Source of the DNA: Lytechinus pictus
Taxonomy: Eukaryota
DNA: 64,000 nucleotides
Assembly (NCBI RefSeq): GCF_037042905.1
Contig: NC_087250.1
Span: forward strand, 7,194,001-7,258,000
Direction: 5' to 3'
Shown here: positions 39,208-50,400 of the stretch, piece after piece
How positions within the stretch are numbered: the stretch's first letter is position 1
How the letters are laid out: each line of letters starts with the position of its first letter
Translations under genes and position numbers: made by a program
The notes under the pieces: model-generated
The model's input: only the letters and a program-made list of their open reading frames with translations
Told to the model about the DNA's origin: nothing
The model's database searches: none

Positions 39208-39405
39208 ATCAATTCAATTCAATTCAATTCTTTAATCCATTTCCATTCAAAACATAATACAAAGTAATATAAAGTAATACAAATCAAATACAATTTCACA
39301 GACGAGCATTCTTTGTAAAACAAAAAACAGTATGATATTGAGCATAAATGGAAATGAGGGGGGTCCACTAAAAAGCAAAGCTTGTAAAGTGTGGATCCCC
39401 CTTGG
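39208..39405 (-). mobile_element. Probable LINE 3'-end fragment with (GAATT)n tail
   Basis: (AATTC)4 on the + strand followed by A-rich sequence and a GGGGGTCCAC...GTGGATCCCCC stem. Confidence 0.5.
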
Positions 39406-39904
39406 AAAGGAAGAAAATATAATCGACTTATTCATACATGCGTTTATATACAGGAAAGAAAAAAGAGAAGGAACAAAAAGGTCGAAATCATATTGATGTA
39501 AGCATATCCCAACAATGCTTTCAGAAACCAAGCATGCGAGAACTACATTATCACTCGATACAAGTCATTTGTACTCTACATACATGTACATTTTAAATAA
39601 CTCAAATGAATTGCAGCCATGTTCCCCTGAAAAAAAAATCCTGTGAAAGTTCATGCGCACTGTAAAGATAACAAATTTGCCAAAACAATGTTGATTTTCA
39701 ATATTTAATTTAGACATACGTGTATATATACCCTGTACATGTACAAACATTATTATCAGGCTCTGTGGAAATGCTTGTAATTTGTTGATTTTCAATATTT
39801 AATTTATCCATACATGTACATTTGAATATGTACATACATGTACAAACATTATTATCAGGCACTGTGGGAAGTATTTTGTTTATATGTCAAGCCTATATGA
39901 AGTG

Positions 39905-40450
39905 TATCTAGGTCTGAAATACTAGACTACCATTGAGCAGTCGTCATTATTTAAATGAGATGGTGATATCTTTTGTCCATCTGTCTATAGATAACAGTGA
40001 TCACTCACCAGATCAATGTTGATTGCTTCCTCCTACTGTAGCATAATATTGCTCCTCCCTCTCTTTCTCTCCCCCTCATTCTTTCTCCCACCCCACCCTC
40101 TGAAGTCTAGTCTATCTGGGTCTGGAATAGGAGACTGTCATTGAGCATTCATCTATGCTAATGGGATGGTGATATATCTTTTGTCCATCTGTCTATAGAT
40201 AAAAGTGATCACTCACTAGATCAATGCTGATTGCTCCACTCCTACTGTAGCATAATATTGCTCGTCCCTCTCTTTCTCTATCCCTCATTCTTTCTCCCAC
40301 CCCCCCCCCCTCTGAAGTCTAGTATATCTGGGTCTGGAATACTAGACTATCATCATCGAGCATTCATCTATGCTAATGAGATGAATAGCCCATTGTCCAT
40401 CTGTCTCTCAGTGATCACTCACCAGATGTTCATTGCTTCCTCAATATTGC
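39905..40450. repeat. Tandem repeat, unit about 210-215 bp, about 2.6 copies
   Basis: TTGTCCATCTGTCT...AGTGATCACTCAC recurs at about 39973, 40181 and 40394. Confidence 0.88.
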
Positions 40451-43400
40451 TCCTCTCTCTCCATCTCTGTCTCGTTATCTCCCCCCACTCCCCCCCCCTC
40501 TCCTCTCCATGTATCTCTCCTATTCTAACCCACACATGCTAGTGAATATAACAGGCGACAGAAGCGCATTAGCCCAATTATGTTTCCTGCATATAGCTCT
40601 GCTTCATCTACCCCTCCCCCTCTCTCCCCCTCTCTTCTCTCTCTCTGTCGTGAAGCCCATGTGCATAGCGTAGCCCCACGTGTCTTTGTTTGGGAGCTCT
40701 GGACCGGGTCAGTTATGAATTGATTTGGAAATGTTTGCCATTCTCTGGATCTATAGGCCCTACCAGTACCGAACTATTTGGCTTTGACTTTGTCCTTAAA
40801 TCTGTTTGGGGTGCAGCTTTCAAAGCACTTTATTGCAACCAGCAAGATTTTGACCACAGATGTACATGCTTTTCTTTTCCATAAACGCAAGTTCCTGCTT
40901 ATTATTGTACCTCGAAAATGTACATGTAGTCGTTTTCTTCAAATTTCTCTACCCAGGAATACTCAGAATAGTCAGCTTTACAAAATATACATGTACGCGT
41001 ATATACAGGAGTGTATTTTTTTCTCTAAAATTCATCATATAAAACAAAAATAGGGCAACTACAGTGTAAAGCTCATCTCTTGGAGGAGTGATATAAAATA
41101 TTTTGTTACCCCTGGAACTGCTGAAACCTGGAGATACATGTACATGTAGTCAAGGAAAGTGGCTTTTTATATATTTTTTTGTGTGTGGAGATCGTAAATA
41201 CTGTAAAGGAGCATCACTGAATCGTTATACATGGTATGTTGGAAGAGACATTTTCCTTTTTAATAATACATGTATCTTCTGAAAAATGATTCATGTATTG
41301 GCGCATACCCCTGACCTGGATGGTGTTTTACAAAGCTGCTTGTTTATTTTGCAATCTGAATAATGCTCAACTGATGATCTCTGCGCTGAATTATATTGAG
41401 CTACATGTACCCCAAACATTATAAATAATGTTATTCATTGTCTGATTTTGGGGAAATTTTTCAGGGATTTGTTTGTCTGAATAAAATGCACCTATTGGAA
41501 TCATATCCATTTTCATCGTGGAGTTCCCCTTTAATTACACTGGTTATTTTCCTTTAAATAAAGGACCCCCCAAGTTGGTTTTAAATATAGGGTGTTTACA
41601 GGAGACACATAACAGACATTTTTATGAGTGGCATACATGTACAAAGAACAACAGAGTTATATTGATTTTTGTTTTCAGTACAGATTTTTTTAGCAATTTC
41701 GCCATTTACATACATGTACATGCATGTATTAAATGCTCAAACTCTCCCTTTTTAATTCCTCAAATGACTGAAAATATTGTTTTGAAAAACATACCGTAAT
41801 CATAGTATATATGAAATTAATTCAAATTATATGTCTGTAGGTACATGTACATATATGCATTGGTAGTCATTTTCATTTTTTCATTTAAGTTTAATATAGC
41901 AAGCTGTTCACATTTGACTTCTCATAATGAAATATAAAGAGACAATGTTTATTTATTTATATATATGAAATAATAATGTAATTTTCATTAAAAAAACCCA
42001 CTATTCAATGGAAAGCTGTTTGCATAAAATTGCATGTGACATCCCATAATGAAAAAAAAAAAGTTTCTCCTGCTTTACTTGGTATCAGGATGAACTGTCC
42101 CTTTAAAATGATCTTTCTGTACTCTCTGCAGGAGATCATATCTGATATCAAATATTCCTGAAATCTGAGAAGTCCCTACTGCAGACTGTATTTTATACTG
42201 TCCATGATGAATTGTAGATGTTTTTATTGAATATTGCAAAGTTCTTCAAATTTGATATTTTTTGTTTTGTTTCAGAAGGGAATTGTTTTATGTGTCTAGC
42301 AGACATACATGTTTATCTGTGCATGATATCCATCCATATTTGTGAAGTTTTGCACCAAGAATGTAATATAGATCTACATTGTATGCGCTGAGCTTGCAGA
42401 GCCCGCGGTTACTTGCATTAATATTAAAGCTACCGTGCTCAGCGGAACGCAAATAATAGTGCCTGCGCGGATGCATCACATATCACAGGACTTGCGCGGG
42501 AGAGACAGCTCACTGACCGGTGCGCCCGAGAGATTAATTAACCAATGTCCAGTGACATCAGAATATTATTGAGGTCTGATCAAGGAGTGATATCTCCTTG
42601 GTCTGATGTCACACAGCATCATACATACATGTACAATGTAGTTAGAATATGGTCACATACATGTATTTGAACCAAGAAAAAAAGAATATATTTATGGATT
42701 AATCAACATGTACATGTACATGTATGTAGGATATAATATCAAATGGCACACTGATATATTAAAAAAAAAAAGAACAAAAAATATGGCTACAACGTATAGT
42801 GCAGACAGTATACGGTATATGTACAGTGTGTAAATTATGCAGAGTGATATGCGAACATGCTTTTAAAGACTTGGTGTTAATTTTTAAAGGGACATCAACA
42901 GTCTAATGTAAACAGTCCATGGATCCAAATGTTTGCATTATCTATACAGACTTTAAAGGTATTGTTTACACCAATCATGAACCTCCCAGGCTTTTCCCTG
43001 AACAGGGACATTAGTGCGATTTAGCTCTAGTCTGTGTGCACAGACCCTAATCAGTATTACATGGACATGTGAACTCATTGTCAGGAGAGCTGATTTTCAT
43101 ATTTTCTTTTCACATTGACCCTTTTGTACATGTATGTATGTTGGGAAAGTTCAAAGGTCAATATTGAATTGAACGAAATCAATGTGTAGGTAGCTAAATG
43201 TAGCAGGTTTTACTCAGGTCAGTTTCCGGGTCAGTGTAAAACAAAGTTGTGGAATATTTTCGCGGGTCTGGGGTTAAGAAAGACAGTGTGAATACAAAAA
43301 CAGATATTATGGGGTTAATGATAGTCCGGGATTAAGGATAGTATGGGGTTAAGAAAATGCAGTGTGAAAAGCATAATAAAGTTGAAGGTGGATGAAGCTT

Positions 43401-43456
43401 GAATTTGTGTGGATTGTAAGGTATTGAAGCAGGCTACCCCTTACTTGCTCTCAATA

Positions 43457-43938
43457 GGTGGTTTCAAACCGCCTCGATCACAAGAATCCCCGTTAAATTA
43501 CGAGAACTTTTTTAGGCTGAAAAATACCCATTAATTATTCCTGCATTCACACCGCCCTGAAACATACCCTTCGGGATAAGTTCCTGAAGTTACGAGCATG
43601 CGCAGTATGGTCTGATAAGCAGCAAGGCGCGAAATTCAAAATCACTAGCCCAGCAGCAACCCATGCACGGCGCCGCACCCAACGACACGCTGGGCTAAAA
43701 GTTCCCGTAATTTGCTTTCAGACCGCCAAAATACCCACGACCTTGGAAAAATCCCCGCGAAAGTTCTCGTAATTTCGCCAAGTACCTACTATTTATCGGG
43801 TATTTTCTTTCGGGGATATTACGCGTACATGTAGTTTGCTTTCAGACCGCCAAAATACCTGGTATTTTCTGATCGGGGTAAATTTCCCGATCAGAGAATA
43901 CCTGGAACTGGCGAACTTCGAGGCGGTCTGAAACCACC
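43457..43938. mobile_element. MITE, TA-flanked, superfamily uncertain
   Basis: TIRs GGTGGTTTCAAACCGCCTCGA and TCGAGGCGGTCTGAAACCACC; TA on both sides; internal TTTGCTTTCAGACCGCCAAAATACC repeats. Confidence 0.85.
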
Positions 43939-44602
43939 TAAGGTCTTTGTTTATTAGCAATCATTGAATGAGGTTTAGGATACACTCATACTCTATTGTC
44001 ATTTAAATGAGCTTACACACTGGGGATTTAGTCATCTTTTGTTATACATGTAACTGAGACCCTTCCCTTCCTTTTGTCATTGTAGTCTCATCTTCTCAGA
44101 CTGTGCCCAAACAAAATTGGTAGGCCATGTCTTGTTTAATAAGCCTGTTCACGTTGTAAACTGCGCACAAGCAGAAAAAGGTCATTGGAGACAACCATGA
44201 AGGTGGCTTTCAAATTCATTGACATTTATAGGCATTTGTGATTTGATGATTATTCATGTATTCCTTTCAAAATATTCATCACATCCAAGCTGAAGAGTAA
44301 TAAATAGAGCCTTCATAATCACTGGTATTTGACAGTAGCCTAAACAAAAGTCAAATGTGCCAAAGGCAGACAATAAAACAGATTTCCAAACTTTATCCCT
44401 GATGTACTATTCAAGTCACCTGGTCTATACAATGCCTTTTGTTCTTAGAATTTGAATACTCTACGCAACATCTACATTTGAAAATGATAGTGCTTATCCT
44501 AATGAAAAATCACAAAGGTCATTTGAGAAAAGTTGATCATGAGCTAACCGTGAACTGGCTTATAGTTTGCTCAATTGGTTAAAAAAAAAAATCTTTAGAC
44601 CC

Positions 44603-45149
44603 CCCGGGGGGCCACTTTCATTGACGAGTGGAAACCATGCGTGACCATGGGGTCTCGAAAAGCACCATGAACAGTACACGTATTTTCCATATTCTGAAAA
44701 TGCACCCCTTAACAAGTATTGGCGTGTGAAACCCTACCCTTAACAAGTTTTGGAAACAAAAAGATACTCTTGGCAAGTATTCCCTGAAATGAACATCTAA
44801 ACAAGTACAGCGATATTTTATTGTTATGTCACGGGTCTGTCGGTCGTCGGTTTTTCCTTTACACATCGTTTGGTTTAGTACGGCCCCACCTTCCCCCTTC
44901 CACAGCTCGCGCCAATCGGACTCTAAACACGTAGTGTTGTGGCAAAAAGGATATCCTTTATAAAACATTTTAATTTTGTTTTATCATCCCCGCAAATTTG
45001 ACCCTAAACACGTAACTTTCCTAGCGAAATAGATACCCTTTTTTCATTATTTTTTGTGTTCTTGAAGAAGACATCCGTTTTACGTGTTTTTTTGGTCGCT
45101 CATGGTATCCACTCGTCAATGTAAGTGGCCCCCCCCCCCCCCCCCCGGG
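44603..45149 (-). mobile_element. CCCGGG-terminus MITE, inverted relative of 36931-37480
   Basis: Same TIRs and reverse-complementary internal sequence; flanks TTAGACCC and ATAGACCC (1 mismatch). Confidence 0.9.
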
Positions 45150-45639
45150 ATAGACCCACAATCCCATTACACCCTTTTCCCTCTTTCTTCCTCTCTCCCT
45201 CTCCGCTCTATGAAAAACTATGGCAAGAGTGTCATTTTGATATACACACATGACATTTGGTAAGGTATTTATCCCTATTATCAGGTCCCCTGGAGAGGAA
45301 TTTAAACCTTCAGTCCTCTGCTTGCTTGCTTTCTTTTCTAGCATTCAGGTAAAAAATCAAAATCACCATCAAGTTCACTGTAAATTCACTTTTATTATTT
45401 TATAGCATTTTGTGAACCTTTGTGAATTTGTAATAGGGTCTGAATGGTAGGCAGACTCAGACTACTTTCAAGCAATAAGCAGACACAACTCAATATCATG
45501 AATAGCATTTAGCTCTTTAGGCTTATATAGGTCTATTCTTTAGCTTGATGAGTCAAAGGGTATGTTCTATTTTGTGAAGATCTATAATTAACAGCTGTAT
45601 GCATGTTACTCTGTGCATCATGAACATTGTACTCCAAAG

Positions 45640-46300
45640 TGATAATAAAAAACAAACAAACCTGTCCTTCATGGCCATTATCATTATCATCAAAGTTTAT
45701 AAAAGGGATTTTTTTTTGCAACCAAATTATGAAAAAATTAACATTAAAAACAAACAAACTAACATGTAGTCCTTTATTGCATTATCATTAACTTTTATAT
45801 GGTTAGTTTTTTAATTCCAACCAAAATAATGAAAAAAGAAAAAACACAAACAAACAAATATATGTCCTCCATGGCCAGTTTCATTATTATTAATTTTGAA
45901 AATGGTTGGTTGAATAAACAATTACAAGTCCAATCAAATAATGAAAGAATAAACAACAAAAATAAACAAACCTATGCCCTTCATGGCCAGTTTCATTAAT
46001 CACCATCAACTTTAGAAATGGTTGGTTGAATATAACAATTCTACCATTAAGTCAATTGCAAATAGAGAAGAAAAAAAAATATGTAAACAACAATAACAAA
46101 CGTATGTCATTCATGGCCAGTTTCATCATTATCAGCTTGTAAAAAATGGATGGTTGAATATAAAATTGCATGTACAAGTCCAACCAAAAAAAAATAATGA
46201 AAGAAAATAAACAAACAGATCTCAAGTCCGACCAAATAATGAAACAATGAACAACAAAATCAAACAAACTCATGACTTTCCTTGCCAGTTCATTATTTAA
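45640..46300. repeat. Degenerate minisatellite, unit about 110-130 bp
   Basis: AAACAAAC..TGTCCTTCATGGCCA(GTTTCATT) recurs at about 45655, 45850, 45965, 46095 and 46262. Confidence 0.75.
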
Positions 46301-46901
46301 CTATGTACATGTAGAAGTAATCGGTTTGTGGACTCACAGTGTGCAATTCCAACCAAATATTGAAATCATATGATATTCTGTGTTGCAGATTGAAATTAAT
46401 TTTTCATATTTTGATACATTTGTGTATATTTCATCTTTCATATATTTTACACAGCTCAGGTATGCCACATCAAATGAATATTATAGCTTCATGCACATAC
46501 TGTACATGTATTTGCATTTGCAGTGTAATAAAAATAACAAGCCCCTTTTTTTCAAGATTAAAAAGACATGCATGCCATTTTAATGCCAGCTCTAAAGCAA
46601 GCAAATAGATGAAATTCCATAAATTTTTATGCAGTATCACATTACCATGGACACAGCATGCACTGCTGAGTAGAGCAGTAGATTGAGGATCTCTTCTTTC
46701 CCAGTCACATTTTTTTTTATGATTGAGAAATTGCCTGAATTTTTCATGATTTTCCGACATGTATGAATGTACAATATCACTTTCATACCTTGAGCAATTT
46801 GATAGCATTTTAGGCTATGTAGGCTTATAATATACTAGCTGAAATGAATGCCACAAATGCACCCTTTATTTTATTGTGTGCTTTATATTATTCATAACAA
46901 G

Positions 46902-47041
46902 CAGGGGCCGCGAAAGCGGGGGGCTTCAGCCCCCCACTTTTTTCCAAAACCATGTACAAAAACGTAAAAATTACCATATGATCATGATTTTTTGCATGGT
47001 CAGCCCCCCCCCCCTCTTTGAAAACCGTTCCGCGGCCCCTG
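46902..47041. mobile_element. CAGGGGCCGCGG-family MITE, copy 3 (5-bp TSD)
   Basis: TIRs CAGGGGCCGCG and CGCGGCCCCTG; ACAAG at 46897-46901 and 47042-47046. Confidence 0.88.
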
Positions 47042-47382
47042 ACAAGTGAGTATGACTGAACAAGGCTTAATCTTTGCAAATATCTCATAATATTAGAAAT
47101 CAATCAATTTTATTAATACTGGTATTTCACTTTAATAACAAAGACATAATAAAATTCCACACCTACATGTTCGTGTACGACTTTCCCATCTGTTCAGATG
47201 TGGTGTGGATGGTGCATATTAAAGCCTTAATATTAATTGTTCAGCGTCCTTGTAGTTGATTGCAAATATTTATGATGAGTATGTTACATTCTTTTGTTCC
47301 TCTGCAGGTGAAGAGCCTCCTGAGTGATCATCGATCACCATGGCAACGATAAACAGGGATAGTCTCCTTCAAGACTCCACCG

Positions 47383-47446
47383 ATGTATTCCTACCGTCCG
47401 TCCTCCACCGCCATGGGGGCCACTGAGGTTATAAGACCGTCCTCAG
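47383..47446 (+). CDS. Coding exon 1 (exon 47308-47446; MYSYRPSSTAMGATEVIRPSS)
   Basis: Acceptor CTCTGCAG|47308, donor CAG|GTGAGT; in-frame TAA upstream at 47350; alternative in-frame ATG at 47413 in GCCATGG context. Confidence 0.75.
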
Positions 47447-50400
47447 GTGAGTGAAGGAATAAGAGATGGAGAGATATATAGATGCAAAGATGGGTAGAAA
47501 GATAAATAGATAGAGAGAGAGAAAGAGAGTGTGAGAGATGTAAATACATGTATTGAAATACCTGTAGATAGAAAGATAGATAGATGGATAGATAGATAAG
47601 TGGATTATAGATAGGTACATGTAGATGGAGATATATGGATGGATGGATTGGATAGATGATAGATAGATAGATAAGTGGATTATAGATAGGTAGGTACTTA
47701 ACATGTATGTAGATGGAGATATGTGGATGGATGGATTGGAAAGATGGTAGATTTATAGATAGACAGATAGATAGATAGATAAGTGGGTTATAGATAGGTA
47801 CATGTAGATGGAGATATAAGGATGGGTGGATTGGATAGATGATAGATAAATAGATAGATAGATAGATCGATCGATCTATATGCGGATTATAGATAGGTAG
47901 GTACTGTACATACATATATGGATGGGTGGATGGATAGATAGGATAGAAGATAGATAGATAGATATGAAGGTAGCTGGGTCGTTGGATGGATTGATAGAAA
48001 GAAATAAAGAAAGATGGAAATAAAGAAATAAAACGAACAAATAAAGAAAGAAAGGTAGGTAGATTGATGTACAGGTGTTGATATATGAGGGTTGACAGCT
48101 TGTTGATAAATAGATATAAAGAAAGGAGCCTGAATAACATCAAATAACTCTGTCGTATATTTACAGGTACCCAACCCCAGGGCCACCGGGCGAGAGTGTC
48201 TGGTTCAAGCCCCCTGTCCAGTGCAGGATCGACCGGCTCCCACCGCAACAAGAAGCTGCTGAAGTCCTACCACGACTTCACCATGCAGATCTTCAGCTCC
48301 GGACAGGGAGCGGGGGAGAATGATAACCTGTTCGTGGCAGCTGTACGGAGTGGAGATTACGAGAGGGTAGAGAATATACTGCAAAGGAGAAGCCATGAGG
48401 TAGGGAACATTTGTGGTGGTTGTGGTAGCAGTGGTTGTGGTTGTAGCGTTAGTGGTAGTGGTAGTGTTTGTGGCTGCTTTACGGAGTGGAGATTACGAGA
48501 GGGTAGAGAATATACTGCAAAGGAGAAGTCATGAGGTACATGTAGGGAACATTTGTGGTGGTTGTGGTAGCAGTGGTTGTGGTTGTAGCGTTGGTGGTAG
48601 TGGTAGTGTTTGTGGCTGCTTTACGGAGTGGAGATTATGAGAGAGTAGAGAATATACTACAAAGGAGAAGCCATGAGGTACATGTAGGGAACATTTGTGG
48701 TAGTGGTGGTAGCAGTGGTTGTGGTTGTAGCGTTGGTGGTAGTGGTAGTGTTTGTGGCTGCTTTACGGTGTGGGGATTATGAGAGGGTAGAGAATATACT
48801 ACAAAGGAGAAGCCATGACGAGGTAGGGAACATTTATGGTAGTTGTGGTTGTAGCAGGGGTGGTAGTGTTTGTGACTGTTGTACGGAGTTGAGTTTATGA
48901 GAGGGTGGAGAATATACTGCAAAGAATAAGCCGTGAGGTAGGGAATATTAGTGGTGGTTGTGGTTATAGTAGTAGGAAGGCATGGGAAACACATGCTGAA
49001 AACTGAGAACAGGTGTGATGTGCAGATTTTTCACTTCATGCACAGTGTTGGTTATATTGGATTTTCTTACAATTTTCACGGTTTTTGTTGTGTTTTGTGA
49101 TCCAAAATTTTTTGACCTAAAAAATTTAATTTTCTGCGATGAATTCAGTGATATTGTTTTTCCCAAAGAAAATCACAGAAATCTAGGGACTCCCCTTTAT
49201 TCTATTATATTCCTAGTGATGTCATCATTAAGAAGTCTGTAGTCATAATCTGTTCGACCCATCTCACTTTTCTTCCAGGTCGTCAACGTCGATGCTCGAG
49301 ACCGGGAAACAGGGAACACCGCCCTCATGTGGGCAGTCATCAAAGGTCACATCAAGTTGATCAGGCTCCTCCTCAAGTACGGGGCGGACGTGACGCTGCG
49401 CAACGCTGCCACGGCGTGCGTCCTGGACCTGACAGAGGATCGTCAGATCCGGAAGCTCCTCCTGGAGTCCGTCCTGAGGAAGGGGGTGTCTCCTAGGCAT
49501 CTCCTGCAAGCAGCCTGGCAAGGGAACGCACAGGTCGTCAGGCAACTCTTGGTGAGTGGTAAATGTTTAGGAGGAGGGAGGGTCAAAGATGGCGAGGGGA
49601 AAAGTAGGAGGAAGGGGGTATCTGTTAGGCATCTCCTGCAACAGCCTGGCAAGGGAACATACAGGTTGTTAGACAACTCTTGGTCAGTGGTAAATGTTAA
49701 GGAGAAGGGAGGGTCAAAGATGGTGGGGGTAAAAGTAGGAGGAAGGGGGTATGTTAAGGCATCTCCTGCGAGCAGCCTGGCAATGGAACGTACAGGTTGT
49801 TAGACAACTCCTGGTGAGTGGTAATCCTTAGGAGAGAGGATGGGTAGGGCAGATGATGAAAATTATGAAAAGGATTCCTGTAAGTACCAATTCCATTCCA
49901 ACTTGATAAATTTCATCCTTCCTTAACCTAACATCCAGTTCAGTTAATACATGAGATACAAACAATAAAATTAAATGAACAATTGATAGAATGTAAATTG
50001 GCAGCCAATGTTAAAAAAATATGTTTTTTCCTTTGGTGTTTTACTGAACATACATATCATTTGCATAATGAGTTAAAGTGCCATTTACCATCAATATAAG
50101 AATTTATATTCCTCAATATATTCTTAAATTTTAAATCTACATTATCCTAAATTTGTTTGTCCTTTTGCAGAATGAAAGTAAAATTTTGGACATCAATTGC
50201 AGGAATTCCGATGGATTCACACCGCTATTATTGGTTACTAGAGACGTAGATTTATTTGAATCAAGTAAGTATGATAATAATAATAATAACAGTATATTTA
50301 CCCAGGATAGCCACTTCAGTTCCGAAAACTGTTATCCCAGTGGGCCCTGCTATTATTATTACCCGGCTAAGCTAGGCTACCTATTCAGGTGCATACAGCT

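Noticed and set aside
47391..48251. 286-aa minus-strand ORF rich in YLSI
   Set aside because: Antisense translation of the (GATA)n intron repeat.
48327..48965. Regularly spaced repeats resembling a CRISPR array (also 52130-52990 and 55980-56369)
   Set aside because: Whole units including the 'spacers' are homologous, they derive from host exons, there are no cas genes and the context is eukaryotic.
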